Positions 7,928 to 18,026 of a stretch of 32,000 bases of DNA are shown piece after piece. The DNA is from Cylindrospermopsis raciborskii Cr2010. Lineage in GTDB: Bacteria; Cyanobacteriota; Cyanobacteriia; Cyanobacteriales; Nostocaceae. Position numbers and translations under genes: made by a program. The notes below the pieces were generated by a model. The model had not been told where the DNA came from. It did no database searches and saw only the letters and a program-made list of their open reading frames with translations. The stretch covers positions 510,001 through 542,000 of the forward strand of contig NZ_CP065936.1 in the NCBI RefSeq assembly GCF_003367075.2, written 5' to 3'. Within the stretch, counting starts at the first letter, position 1; the number at the start of each line of letters is the position of its first letter.

Positions 7928-8431
7928 GTGTTTTTAGATGAATCGGGGATAAATTTAGGGATGTCAAGGTTGTTTGCCAGAAGCCAAGATGGACAAAGAG
8001 CAATTGGTAGCGTACCAGGAAACAAGGGCAAAAATATTTCTCTGATTGGGGCTTTAAATATGGATGGAATTCTGGCAGCAATGACTGTAGAGGGAAGCAC
8101 AAATACAGAAGTATTTCTCACTTATGTAAATCAGGTTTTAGTACCTCAATTATGGAAAGGGGCTATTGTTGTTATGGATAATTTAAAGGTTCATTATGCC
8201 GAGCGCGTGAGATTGTCAATTGAATCAGTCGGTGCAAAAGTTAAGTTTTTACCCCCCTATTCTCCAGACTTATCTCCGATAGAATTGTGTTGGTCAAAAT
8301 TAAAGCAATTTCTCCGTAGTCGGGAGGCACGAACATTAGAAGCCCTAAATGAGGCCATGACAAGTGCAGTAAATTATATTACAGCAGAGGATGCGCTTAA
8401 TTGGTTCAATCATTGTGGTTTATTTACATGA
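7928..8431 (+). CDS. IS630 transposase, DDE catalytic part (orfB)
   Basis: Contains FLDESG, VMDNLKVH and PPYSPDLSPIE (DDE/D motif series). This frame is open from 7808 and overlaps orfA across the A8 run at 7828-7835. The track start at 7928 is GTG. Confidence 0.8.
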   Translation: MFLDESGINLGMSRLFARSQDGQRAIGSVPGNKGKNISLIGALNMDGILAAMTVEGSTNTEVFLTYVNQVLVPQLWKGAIVVMDNLKVHYAERVRLSIESVGAKVKFLPPYSPDLSPIELCWSKLKQFLRSREARTLEALNEAMTSAVNYITAEDALNWFNHCGLFT

Positions 8432-8442
8432 AAACTGCTGTA

Positions 8443-9059
8443 ATCAGTTTAGCTCGTAGGTTCCTAATATAGGTTTTGATGGTTTCTTCTTCTGGTGGAT
8501 TTTCCCAAGCCCAAATTTGGTCAATTAAGATGCTACGAGTAGCAATACGTCCATTACAACGCAATAGAGCTTCCATGAGAGCAAATTCTTTAGGTGTCAA
8601 ATGAATAGGTTTTTTCCCATATAAAACTTTGTACGTGCTAAAATCCAAGGACAAGTCACCCCAGGTGAGAGTGTTATTAGTTACAGGCTTCCCTCGGCGT
8701 AATAATGCCCGAACTTGGGCCATTAGTTCTTGCAAATTAAAGGGTTTGACCATGTAAGAGTCCGCTCCAGCATCTAAACCTGTGATTTTATCACTAATTG
8801 TATCGCGAGCAGTGAGCATGAGAATGGGTAAAGTACAACCATGGTCACGCAGTTTTTGGCATAGTCGAATCCCGTCTAGTTTAGGTAGGGTAATATCCAT
8901 AATTATCAGGTCATAGTTTATTACTGATAAGTCCTGTAATCGCCTCCAAGCAGCTTCACCATCCCTGACACATTCTACTTCGTACCTTTCCATGGTTAGA
9001 GCTTCTGTCAGGGATTCTGTTAGGTAATAATCATCCTCTACAACAAGAATCCACATCAC
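8443..9059 (-). pseudogene. OmpR-family response regulator, 3'-truncated by IS630
   Basis: The receiver domain is intact (VVEDD...IIMDITLPKLDG...MLTARD...KPF). The winged-helix domain stops at ...YIRNLRAKL and lacks the terminal beta-hairpin. The last 6 codons of ORF 8424..9059 (ITAVFM*) come from the IS630 end. Confidence 0.7.
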
Positions 9060-9074
9060 TATTTAACTGATGTT

Positions 9075-10334
9075 TTAATTTGACTTTTTTAAACTTTCTG
9101 CTATCAGCAGTTTTTTGTTTAGTATTTCTAGGGCAGCTTGATACTGCTTATCATCTGAACTGCCTACTTGTTCACGCCTAATCATTGATTGTTTAACCTC
9201 TACATCTGGCTTAATCCCTAATTTATTAATATCTCGATGGTTCGGTGTTTCATATTTAGCAATTGTCACTGCTAAACCAGAACCGTCAGTTAGTTGAAAT
9301 AATGACTGAATTAGCCCTTTACCAAAAGTAGTTTCACCGACTAGCTCCGCTCTACCATTGTCTTGTAAAGCACCCGCTAAAATCTCGCTGGCACTAGCAG
9401 TGCCCTGGTTGACCAAAATCACTAGAGGATCCTGAGTTAAAGCTGGACCAAAGGCTTCAAAACTCCCTTGTATACCTTGACGGTTAACAGTATACACTAC
9501 CATTCCCGAGTCTAACCATTGACGGGCTACCTCTATCCCCGCTTTTAATAGTCCTCCTGGATTATTGCGCAAATCCAAAATGTAGGCTGTCGACCCCTGC
9601 TCCTCCATGCTATTAATTGCATTCGCTAGTTCTAAAGCAGCATTAGCATTGAATTGTGAAAGACGAATATAACCAATGGGCATTCCTTCCGGTGAAAGAC
9701 GTAAGTCAGCCAGTACAGGATTTAATTCAATGCGATCGCGCACTAAAACTACTTCTTGATTTGGTTGTCCCTCGCGACCAATCAGTAGGGTGACTACTGT
9801 GCCAATGGGTCCACGCATCCGCGCTGCTGCTTCATCCAGGGTGATATTTTCCGTGGATAATCCCTCAATTTGTAAAATCCGATCTCGTGGTTTTAAGCCT
9901 GCTCTTTCTGCAGGTGAACCCTGAATAGGTGTAATTACCTCTAATATACCAGTTTCAGAATTGAGAGCGATTTGTAAACCTATACCGGTCAACTCTCCGG
10001 AAGTGTTAACTTGTAAACTGCGATACTGGTCTGGGTCTAAAAATCTGGTGAAAGGATCATCTAGGCTTTTAAGCATATCTCGCACTACTTTGTATGCTGC
10101 TTGATCATTTCCCAGGGGTTGTTTAAAAGCTCGTTGTCTTACACTTTCCCAGTTTTGGTTATTAAAACTTGCATCTATATATGATCTATTAACAATTCGC
10201 CAAGCCTCAGCTACTACTTTTTGCTGTTGAGTTAAAGCAATAGCTGATGGAACAAAGTAGCTAAAACCCCAGATGAAAGCCACACCAAAAGCCAAAAGTA
10301 ACGAAAATCCCCATCGTAAGAGCCATTTATTCAT
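9075..10334 (-). CDS. S41-family carboxyl-terminal processing protease (Ctp), 419 aa
   Basis: Signal/TM N-terminus, a PDZ region (GIGLQI...GSPAERAGLKPRDRILQIEG), and a catalytic region (LVNQGTASASEILAGAL...TFGKGLIQ). Confidence 0.85.
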   Translation of the reverse strand: MNKWLLRWGFSLLLAFGVAFIWGFSYFVPSAIALTQQQKVVAEAWRIVNRSYIDASFNNQNWESVRQRAFKQPLGNDQAAYKVVRDMLKSLDDPFTRFLDPDQYRSLQVNTSGELTGIGLQIALNSETGILEVITPIQGSPAERAGLKPRDRILQIEGLSTENITLDEAAARMRGPIGTVVTLLIGREGQPNQEVVLVRDRIELNPVLADLRLSPEGMPIGYIRLSQFNANAALELANAINSMEEQGSTAYILDLRNNPGGLLKAGIEVARQWLDSGMVVYTVNRQGIQGSFEAFGPALTQDPLVILVNQGTASASEILAGALQDNGRAELVGETTFGKGLIQSLFQLTDGSGLAVTIAKYETPNHRDINKLGIKPDVEVKQSMIRREQVGSSDDKQYQAALEILNKKLLIAESLKKSN

Positions 10335-10727
10335 GGAGCTTTTTTCCTCTTATTCCTAACTAAACTAATTATTAACCTCCGGTAGGGAAGTTTTTAATGA
10401 AATTTCACTCTCAATTATGTTACTTTTCTTATGGGGGTGTCTTGTAATCAATTCTGAAGTTAATTATTCTTCAGATGACATGGAGAAGCACAACCAGCCA
10501 AAAAACGATAAAATCTTCTTGGGAACCAACATTTTTCACGTTGGCTTGCAAGCGGAACGCAATATATTCCATATTTACAGAATGTTAAGTTTCTGAAAAA
10601 CCTAACAGTTTTGTAACCTAGCTGCTCTTTTTGCTTGCGCATCCCAATAGCTTTGAGAGACTCGTCTTTTTGAAGCGGGGAGAAGTCAATTATCCACCAT
10701 AGGTAATTTGTAGGGACTTGAAATTAT

Positions 10728-11375
10728 ATGGCCAGCGTCTATGATTGGTTTGAGGAACGTTTAGAACTGGAAGCGCTCGCTGAGGACGTAACCAGCAAAT
10801 ACGTACCACCCCACGTTAACATCTTTTACTGTTTAGGCGGAATCACTCTAGTTTGTTTTCTAATTCAGTTTGCCACTGGATTTGCCATGACATTCTACTA
10901 CAAGCCTACAGTAGCAGAGGCATTCTCCTCTGTGCAGTACATAATGAATGAAGTTAACTTTGGTTGGCTAATTCGTTCCATCCATCGTTGGTCCGCCAGC
11001 ATGATGGTATTAATGATGATCCTCCACGTTTTCCGGGTATACTTAACTGGTGGGTTCAAAAAACCACGGGAACTGACCTGGGTTAGCGGAGTAATTCTAG
11101 CAGTCATCACCGTTTCCTTTGGTGTAACTGGTTACTCATTACCTTGGGATCAAGTGGGTTACTGGGCGGTGAAAATCGTTAGTGGTGTGCCAGAGGCAAT
11201 TCCCGTAGTAGGGGTTTTGATTTCTGATTTATTACGTGGTGGTTCTAGCGTAGGTCAAGCCACCCTAACCAGATACTACAGTGCCCACACCTTTGTACTA
11301 CCTTGGCTAATTGCAGTATTCATGCTGTTCCACTTCTTGATGATCCGCAAGCAAGGTATTTCTGGACCATTGTAA
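10728..11375 (+). CDS. petB: Cytochrome b6
   Basis: Near-canonical sequence over the full length: [13 protein letters not shown]...YCLGGITL...[36 protein letters not shown]... Confidence 0.97.
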   Translation: MASVYDWFEERLELEALAEDVTSKYVPPHVNIFYCLGGITLVCFLIQFATGFAMTFYYKPTVAEAFSSVQYIMNEVNFGWLIRSIHRWSASMMVLMMILHVFRVYLTGGFKKPRELTWVSGVILAVITVSFGVTGYSLPWDQVGYWAVKIVSGVPEAIPVVGVLISDLLRGGSSVGQATLTRYYSAHTFVLPWLIAVFMLFHFLMIRKQGISGPL

Positions 11376-11448
11376 TTGCTGTAAAACTGTAATTAGTGGA
11401 AAATTGTAATTACCAGACACTTGAGTAATCGGGAGACAACAACTAAAA

Positions 11449-11931
11449 ATGTCCACACAAAAGAAACCGGATCTAAGCGATCCTATTTTAAGAGCGAAAC
11501 TGGCTAAGGGAATGGGTCATAACTACTATGGCGAACCTGCTTGGCCCAATGATTTACTTTATGTATTCCCCATTGTAATCATGGGTTCATTTGCCTGTAT
11601 TGTAGCCCTAGCTGTACTAGAGCCTGCATTAGTAGGTGAACCAGCAAATCCTTTTGCCACCCCTTTAGAAATTTTGCCCGAGTGGTATCTGTTCCCAGTG
11701 TTCCAGATTCTCCGCTCTCTACCCAATAAACTTTTGGGAGTATTGGCCATGGCATCAGTACCCCTGGGACTGATTCTTGTTCCCTTTATTGAAAGCGTTA
11801 ACAAGTTTCAAAATCCATTCCGTCGTCCAGTAGCAACAACAGTATTCTTATTTGGTACTCTTGTTACCATCTGGTTAGGTATTGGTGCAGCACTGCCTTT
11901 AGACAAATCTCTAACTTTGGGACTATTCTAA
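11449..11931 (+). CDS. petD: Cytochrome b6-f complex subunit IV
   Basis: Canonical KKPDLSDP...[11 protein letters not shown]...[13 protein letters not shown]. Lies immediately downstream of petB. Confidence 0.97.
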   Translation: MSTQKKPDLSDPILRAKLAKGMGHNYYGEPAWPNDLLYVFPIVIMGSFACIVALAVLEPALVGEPANPFATPLEILPEWYLFPVFQILRSLPNKLLGVLAMASVPLGLILVPFIESVNKFQNPFRRPVATTVFLFGTLVTIWLGIGAALPLDKSLTLGLF

Positions 11932-12103
11932 ATTAGTCAAGCCCTAATTTTGCTAATCTCAGACTAATGCCTGGGGGTTTTAAAAGTGTATGAGAGAGGT
12001 TAGGGAGAAATCTGTTTCCCGTGATTTCAACTGATATACTTTTGGAACCAACAGGTTACCAAAGAGTGTTAAATGGCTAAACAACAATTTTAGACTCAGG
12101 TCA

Positions 12104-12550
12104 ATGCTTACTAAAGTTCAGCAAGACCGAACAACAGTAAAAAGCGAATTAAAGCTACAGAATCAAGTCCAGGAGTGGTTTGAGACCTTTTGTTTGCGAT
12201 ATCTTGTTCAACAAGGCTGGTCAGAAAGCCACATATACCGTATGAACCTGGCATTAGCAGAAGGCTTTACCAACGCGGTGCGTCATGCTCATCGGAATTT
12301 GCCACCAGAAACAAATATAGAAATTGAATTGGGTTTATGGGTAGATAGATTAGAAATCCGAATTTGGGACTACGGTCAACCCTTTAATCCTGATCAGATA
12401 CCGGAACCTAAACCCGGTACCCTACAAGAGCATGGTTATGGATGGTTTTTAATTCGCCGTCTAGCAGATCAGGTGGTTTATGAACGTATAGATAATCAGA
12501 GAAACTGTTTATTAATCGTAAAGAACCGTTTTGAAGGCATACCTGCTTAA
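12104..12550 (+). CDS. Anti-sigma regulatory factor / RsbW-SpoIIAB-like serine kinase (HATPase_c_2)
   Basis: Contains ALAEGFTNAVRHAH (N-box) and IWDYGQPF...HGYGWFLIRRLADQV (G-boxes). Confidence 0.7.
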   Translation: MLTKVQQDRTTVKSELKLQNQVQEWFETFCLRYLVQQGWSESHIYRMNLALAEGFTNAVRHAHRNLPPETNIEIELGLWVDRLEIRIWDYGQPFNPDQIPEPKPGTLQEHGYGWFLIRRLADQVVYERIDNQRNCLLIVKNRFEGIPA

Positions 12551-12570
12551 ACTAGTATGACCAGCCCGCT

Positions 12571-13200
12571 TCAAGTACCCTTTAACTTTTGATATATTTC
12601 CTGTAAATCAAGAATAGTAAATAGGGTATCAAAATGCAAGTTAACTGATTCATACAATTCTCTTCCTCCTTGAAGTCTGTCTACGAGAGAAACCACCCGA
12701 TCAACCTGATAACCGGCCGATGTGAGGCGTTCTACTGCTTGAAGAGCAGATTTCCCAGTGGTAACCACATCTTCCAAAACCACCACCCTAGCTGCTGGCG
12801 GTAAATTTGGACCCTCAATATAAGCCATTGTACCATGTCCCTTAGCTTCTTTACGAATAATTAGGGCAGGTATGGGTCTATTTTCATAAACAGAGACCAC
12901 ACTAACAGAAGACACAATGGGATCAGCGCCCAGAGTTAAACCAGCGACAGCTTGAGTATCTACTGGTAGAATATTAAGTATTAATCTACCTATAGCTAGG
13001 GCACCCTGGGGATGAAGAGTAACTTGTTTGCCATTGATATAGTAGGAACTCCGCCTTCCAGAAGAGAGAACAAAATCACCTTCCTGATAAGCAAGTTGAC
13101 AGAATAAATCTAGTAACTTCCGACGTAGGAGGGCCAAATCATCAGTAGTTGACCAAATTGTGGAATCATGAGATGTTTTGGTAGAATGGGACATTAGCAC
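12571..13200 (-). CDS. pyrE: Orotate phosphoribosyltransferase
   Basis: FVLSSGRRSSYYINGK and the PRPP-binding loop VVVLEDVVTTGKS. Confidence 0.88.
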   Translation of the reverse strand: MLMSHSTKTSHDSTIWSTTDDLALLRRKLLDLFCQLAYQEGDFVLSSGRRSSYYINGKQVTLHPQGALAIGRLILNILPVDTQAVAGLTLGADPIVSSVSVVSVYENRPIPALIIRKEAKGHGTMAYIEGPNLPPAARVVVLEDVVTTGKSALQAVERLTSAGYQVDRVVSLVDRLQGGRELYESVNLHFDTLFTILDLQEIYQKLKGT

Positions 13201-13221
13201 TGATTAACTGTTAATAGATGT

Positions 13222-13716
13222 CTATTGCTCAATCCTTAAACCCATAATAATTAAATCCCGTTCCACACCTGCTAAATCAGCAACCTTGGGTAAGAGTCCC
13301 CAGTGTTGAAAGCCAAATTGAGCAAATAGTTGTAAACTGGGTTGATTATGGGCAAAAATAAAGCTAAGGAGAGTTTTTATTCCTAAACTAGGACCTTCAT
13401 CGATTGCTTTTAGCAGTAAGGTTTTACCCAAACCACGTCTGTGAAAGCTGGGGGAAATATAAATACTGATTTCAGCAGTAGCATGGTAAGCTGGTCTACC
13501 GTAAAAGGATTGAAAACTTAGCCAACCAGCAATATTGTAATTTATTTCCACTACCCACAGAGGACGTTGTGAGGGTACTCTTTCCTGGAACCATGTCATC
13601 CGACTTTCTAAAGTTACGGGTTCCAGATCTGCAGTGGCCATACGAGTGGGAACAGCTGCATTATAAATGGCGACGATTGCTGGCAAATCTAACTCCGTGG
13701 CATTGCGGATAATCAT
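13222..13716 (-). CDS. GNAT-family N-acetyltransferase (phosphinothricin acetyltransferase-like)
   Basis: MIIRNATELDLPAIVAIYN...RRGLGKTLL...GF...G is the typical PAT/GNAT layout. Confidence 0.75.
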   Translation of the reverse strand: MIIRNATELDLPAIVAIYNAAVPTRMATADLEPVTLESRMTWFQERVPSQRPLWVVEINYNIAGWLSFQSFYGRPAYHATAEISIYISPSFHRRGLGKTLLLKAIDEGPSLGIKTLLSFIFAHNQPSLQLFAQFGFQHWGLLPKVADLAGVERDLIIMGLRIEQ

Positions 13717-13728
13717 CTCAAGTTAGTC

Positions 13729-15093
13729 CTATCTATATCCTTCCCACGGAGAAACTTCTAGAACACCATTGGGTTTGAAAAGCACTCGAAAATGAGCCAG
13801 AGGTTCCCGGTTTTTAGGTGCGGCTAAATTTGAACCGTAGAGGGTTTTAAATATTTCTGGTAGGGGAGTTTCTGTATAATAGTCAAAGGCAACTTGGTTT
13901 AATGGTTCGTAATCGGCAATTACACCATTTTTGTTGATAGCTACTCGATATCTCAATTCTCTTGGAAAGGAAGGTTTAATACTCCAGTTCTGGCGAATCG
14001 TCTGATATAGGGTTTGATTTAACTCCCTTATGGAAGTAGGATCAGTAATTTTGTCACCTATAACATCTGGGGTACGACTATACCCAATCCATGGACTAAC
14101 TTGTAACTGGGCCTTATTTGTAAACACGACCCTAAATTGAGCTATGGGCTCTTTATTACCAGTACCACTGACGGGATTGTATAACAACCTGGGTAGGGGT
14201 GTTTTCTCTATTTGATCATTAGAACTTTGATTAAGTGACTTATATCCTATAATGCGCCCATCTGCTGCCACACCTATACGATAAATCAAATTTTCTCCTA
14301 TTTTTCCCCGACTTTGCCATTCTGAATTGATTTGGTTATACACTTGTCGGTTTAAAGACTTCAACTGGGAGGGGTCAGTAATTTCCGGTACGGTATTGAG
14401 TAGTGCTTCTAAATCTTGAATATCAGATGCTAGTGTGGAATCAGGTGTGGGTGATGTTGTGGAAGCAGGTGATGATTCTGGCACTCCCGAGCTAGTTTGT
14501 GTATTTTGTGTAGTTGGATTCCACTGAGGTGGTGGAATTATGCCCAGGGCCAAGGCTGCTATAGCTAAACTTGATACTCCTACAGTAGCTGGTACTGCTT
14601 GTCTCAATGCCACCTGACCAGACATACCATAACTTCTGCTAACGGGTTGTAATTCCAAGATCAGTTCTGGCAATGTTTGGCTATCAGCAAAAAATTGGTC
14701 AACCGCCTCCACTAAATCAAATAGCCCAACCGTATTCATGTCTATTCTCAGGGGGTTATCTCGGGTATCCGTAGAATCTGAATATATAATTAGTTGGTGT
14801 CTGTCATTATTAATTCTTTCCACTTCTACTAACTCTGACCCCTTGCTGTGGGCCTGGGGATTGGGTACATTACTTAAAAACTCCTGTGCATAGCCACTTA
14901 CCGCCCTGACCAAACTCTCGAAAAATTCTCTGCCCCCACTTATAGGTTGATTGTAGCCTGACAAGTAGCATTCAGCATTAATGAGTATGGACATCTCAGG
15001 TCGAGCCTGAGAAAATGTTGTGGAAGGAGCAGTGCTAAATCCTTCTAAAAGGATTGTGCAGTTAGGTAAACTATATTTACGTTGAATGTTCAT
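13729..15093 (-). CDS. Conserved cyanobacterial protein of unknown function (DUF4335-like), 454 aa
   Basis: N-terminal domain (YSLPNCTILLEGFS...), one hydrophobic segment, an S/T/P-rich linker, then two tandem ~95-aa homologous C-terminal domains. The family name is from memory. Confidence 0.6.
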   Translation of the reverse strand: MNIQRKYSLPNCTILLEGFSTAPSTTFSQARPEMSILINAECYLSGYNQPISGGREFFESLVRAVSGYAQEFLSNVPNPQAHSKGSELVEVERINNDRHQLIIYSDSTDTRDNPLRIDMNTVGLFDLVEAVDQFFADSQTLPELILELQPVSRSYGMSGQVALRQAVPATVGVSSLAIAALALGIIPPPQWNPTTQNTQTSSGVPESSPASTTSPTPDSTLASDIQDLEALLNTVPEITDPSQLKSLNRQVYNQINSEWQSRGKIGENLIYRIGVAADGRIIGYKSLNQSSNDQIEKTPLPRLLYNPVSGTGNKEPIAQFRVVFTNKAQLQVSPWIGYSRTPDVIGDKITDPTSIRELNQTLYQTIRQNWSIKPSFPRELRYRVAINKNGVIADYEPLNQVAFDYYTETPLPEIFKTLYGSNLAAPKNREPLAHFRVLFKPNGVLEVSPWEGYR

Positions 15094-15722
15094 TCTACCT
15101 CGCCGTCAAAAAGAGAAATCCAAAAGCGCTGCATACCAGCTGTACCAGTGCAGAATAGTAGTTTGGCTAATAAATCTATGGCAAGTTGATCCAACTTTTC
15201 ATCAGAATTAGAATTAGGTGTAAGTAGGAGAGAACGTCTAGGATTCATCCGACTTTTAAAATGGGTTCTAAATCTTTCCAGATAATTAGCCAGACGCAAA
15301 TTATGGGACAGAGGAATTTGTTTTTCTGATAGTTGTTGATATATCATTAGTAGCTGACGAATCACCACTGTCAATCTTTTAGCTATACAAGAGGTGATAA
15401 TAACTAAACACTTGGCCTCCATAGTAGTTAGGGGACGACGGGTATGGGCCTTGCGCAGTGGGTTGGCAGCACGCATTCGCCATAAATTAACCCGATTCCT
15501 GATCACCTGATTTAGTTCCAGTTCCTGGGCAAAGGTGAGTATGGCTGCTGATCCACCTAATTCGATGGACTCAATTGCTAGTAAGATTAGGTCAATGTCT
15601 ATGGCAGTTCTCCGGGGACAGGCCCTAGTTCCGATCGCCGGATCTGGTAGTGTTTCCAAAATCATTGGGGTAGAACTATCAGTGGGAGGCTCAAATGTAG
15701 TTGTGCTTGCATAGGAGTTCAT
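15090..15722 (-). CDS. Conserved cyanobacterial protein of unknown function (DUF3038-like), 210 aa
   Basis: Long ORF overlapping the downstream gene by 4 nt (ATGA). No recognisable catalytic motif. The family name is from memory. Confidence 0.55.
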   Translation of the reverse strand: MNSYASTTTFEPPTDSSTPMILETLPDPAIGTRACPRRTAIDIDLILLAIESIELGGSAAILTFAQELELNQVIRNRVNLWRMRAANPLRKAHTRRPLTTMEAKCLVIITSCIAKRLTVVIRQLLMIYQQLSEKQIPLSHNLRLANYLERFRTHFKSRMNPRRSLLLTPNSNSDEKLDQLAIDLLAKLLFCTGTAGMQRFWISLFDGEVE

Positions 15723-15844
15723 GCTCTAAGATATCCTGTAATATACGAGTAAGAAATTTAGTATGGCAAGTTTGTAATCTTGGATTGCATTTTAGTTTCC
15801 ATCATTCTACCATATTTTGTATTAACAATGAACGCCAAACTAGT

Positions 15845-16363
15845 ATGAACTTAAAATCTCTCATTCGTGACATACCTGATTTTCCTAAGCCTGGAATTTT
15901 ATTTAGGGACATTACTACTTTACTGGGTGATCCTCAAGGTTTGCGCTACACCATTGATATTTTGGCAGAAAAATGTGGAACCTTGGAAATGCAGGTAGAT
16001 TATGTTGTGGGTATGGAGTCAAGAGGTTTTATTTTCGGTGCACCTCTAGCTTATAAGCTAGCATCTGGTTTTGTCCCTGTGCGGAAAAAGGGAAAGTTAC
16101 CAGCACCAGTTCACAGAATTGATTATCAGTTAGAATATGGTACAGATAGTCTAGAAGTACATCAGGATGCTTTGACTCCTGGTAGTAGGGTTCTGATTGT
16201 AGATGATTTGATTGCTACTGGTGGTACTGCTAGTGCTACAGCCAAATTGCTAGAAAAAATCGGTTGTGAGTTAGTGGGGTTTGGTTTTATCGTTGAACTT
16301 AAAGATTTGCAAGGACGTAAACATTTGCCTGATGTGCCCATTATATCTCTGGTAGAATATTAG
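15845..16363 (+). CDS. apt: Adenine phosphoribosyltransferase (172 aa)
   Basis: [27 protein letters not shown] and the PRPP loop [14 protein letters not shown]. The start is set at the ATG at 15845; the track extension from 15701 overlaps the divergent gene and is not apt-like. Confidence 0.9.
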   Translation: MNLKSLIRDIPDFPKPGILFRDITTLLGDPQGLRYTIDILAEKCGTLEMQVDYVVGMESRGFIFGAPLAYKLASGFVPVRKKGKLPAPVHRIDYQLEYGTDSLEVHQDALTPGSRVLIVDDLIATGGTASATAKLLEKIGCELVGFGFIVELKDLQGRKHLPDVPIISLVEY

Positions 16364-16389
16364 TAGGTTATGAAAACTCAAGATTGCCC

Positions 16390-17445
16390 ATGACAGATAT
16401 TAAAACAAAGATCATAATTCCCTGGGTTAGGAGTCGAGATTGGTTAATTAAACTGGTTACTGACGAAACATGTATTTATGTTATCAAGCGGTTATTACAG
16501 GCTTTATTAACTGTTTTTCTGGCCTCAGCACTGTCGTTTTTCGTCATGAAGTTTTCTCCAGGTGACTATATAGATACACTTAGGCAAAACCCCAAGATTT
16601 CCCCGGAGAGGATTGAGGAAATTAGGCGGCAATTTGGATTGGATAGAACCTGGTGGGAACAGTTTTTACTATGGATCAGGCAAATCATCACTAGAGGTGA
16701 TTTTGGCACCAGTTTTGTTTACCAGCGTCCTGTAGCTTCCCTAATCTGGGAAAGGATACCAAATACCTTGTTGTTGGCAGTTGCATCCTTAATTGTTACC
16801 TGGGCGGTAGCTATTCCTCTGGGTATTATTGCCGCTGTTCAACAAAATCGGTCCACGGATAAGGTTCTTCAAGTATTGAGTTATGCTGGTCAAGGGTTTC
16901 CCAGTTTTATTACAGCTTTGTTTCTGCTGTTTGTAGCTCAAATTACTACCCCCTTATTTCCAGTAGGTAATATTACTAGTCTTAACCATTCTGAATTGAC
17001 ATGGTTTGGCAAAATATTAGATATTAGTTGGCATATCTTATTACCTTTAATTGCATTAAGTATTACCAGTTTTGCCGGCTTACAAAGGATTATGCGTGGT
17101 CAACTGCTAGATACTCTACGCCAAGACTACATTCAAACTGCTCGCGCAAAAGGACTGCCAGAAAACCGAGTTATTTATGTTCATGCTTTGAGAAATGCTA
17201 TTAATCCTTTAATCACTTTGCTGGGATTCGAACTAGCCAGTCTACTAAGCGGTGCTTTTATTACAGAAAACTTTTTTAACTGGCCTGGTTTAGGCAAGTT
17301 GACTTTACAAGCTGTTTTGGCAAAAGATCAATACTTAGTAATGGCTAGTTTAGTAATGAGTGCCGTATTATTAATTTTTGGGAATTTAATTGCTGACCTA
17401 ATGTTAAAAGCGGCTGATCCTAGAATCAGGTTAGAGGACTTATAG
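16390..17445 (+). CDS. ABC transporter permease (DppB/OppB-like, BPD_transp_1)
   Basis: N-terminal YVIKRLLQALLTVF and an EAA-like loop (DYIQTARAKGLPENRVIYVHALRNA). No cognate ATPase or binding-protein gene is adjacent. ATG at 16390; a TTG at 16384 is an alternative. Confidence 0.8.
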   Translation: MTDIKTKIIIPWVRSRDWLIKLVTDETCIYVIKRLLQALLTVFLASALSFFVMKFSPGDYIDTLRQNPKISPERIEEIRRQFGLDRTWWEQFLLWIRQIITRGDFGTSFVYQRPVASLIWERIPNTLLLAVASLIVTWAVAIPLGIIAAVQQNRSTDKVLQVLSYAGQGFPSFITALFLLFVAQITTPLFPVGNITSLNHSELTWFGKILDISWHILLPLIALSITSFAGLQRIMRGQLLDTLRQDYIQTARAKGLPENRVIYVHALRNAINPLITLLGFELASLLSGAFITENFFNWPGLGKLTLQAVLAKDQYLVMASLVMSAVLLIFGNLIADLMLKAADPRIRLEDL

Positions 17446-17572
17446 CCTTGGCTACATAAACTAGCGCTGCTGAATTAAGACCTTCAACAACGCTTCCTGT
17501 GAGTTATAGGAGCAAATACAAAGTTCTCTAACCCTAATTAGAATTAGTGGTCAATAATTGCTCGGATAAAAT

Positions 17573-17938
<366 letters not shown>

Positions 17939-18012
17939 TTATATATCTAACCAGATTTTTTGTCGGTATTGTTAACCTAATTCATTTAACACTGGTGAGA
18001 AATCCATCTTAT

Positions 18013-18026
18013 GTATTTTATGTCAC
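18013..18026 (-). promoter_or_regulatory. Possible NtcA-type site upstream of glnB (GTG-N8-TAC) with a -10-like TTAAAT 23 nt downstream
   Basis: The minus strand reads GTGACATAAAATAC, one mismatch to GTA-N8-TAC. TTAAAT lies at 17984-17989. The spacing fits class II NtcA promoters. Weak, single-sequence evidence. Confidence 0.3.

Larger units (their letters stand above)
7394..8440 (+). mobile_element. IS630-family insertion sequence (1047 bp) flanked by TA
   Basis: Terminal inverted repeats: 7394-7419 CAGCAATTTTCATGTAGTTAAACTAC and the reverse complement of 8415-8440, CAGCAGTTTTCATGTAAATAAACCAC. TA dinucleotides at 7392-7393 and 8441-8442 match the IS630/Tc1 target. The element carries a two-part transposase. 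Confidence 0.85.

Noticed and set aside
7153-9059. A genuine response-regulator/methyltransferase fusion protein interrupted by IS630
   Set aside because: The junction lacks the conserved end of the OmpR winged helix, and the tail is a typical methyltransferase C-terminus without its SAM-binding domain. The in-frame join is most simply coincidence after a deletion.
10335-10727. ORF 10460..10642 and possible regulatory structure between ctp and petB
   Set aside because: The ORF has no start context or family resemblance. The region presumably holds the divergent promoters, but I could not identify convincing boxes or structures by eye.
11932-12103. Intrinsic terminator after petD (AATTAG-N7-CTAATT; TTTGGAACC...GGTTACCAAA)
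   Set aside because: The stems are short or AT-rich or bulged, and neither is followed by a proper T-tract. This is not enough to call a terminator.
15701-15844. Long N-terminal extension of apt (track ORF 15701..16363)
   Set aside because: The extra 48 codons overlap the start of the divergent gene and are Cys/His-rich nonsense. The ATG at 15845 gives the canonical Apt N-terminus [17 protein letters not shown].
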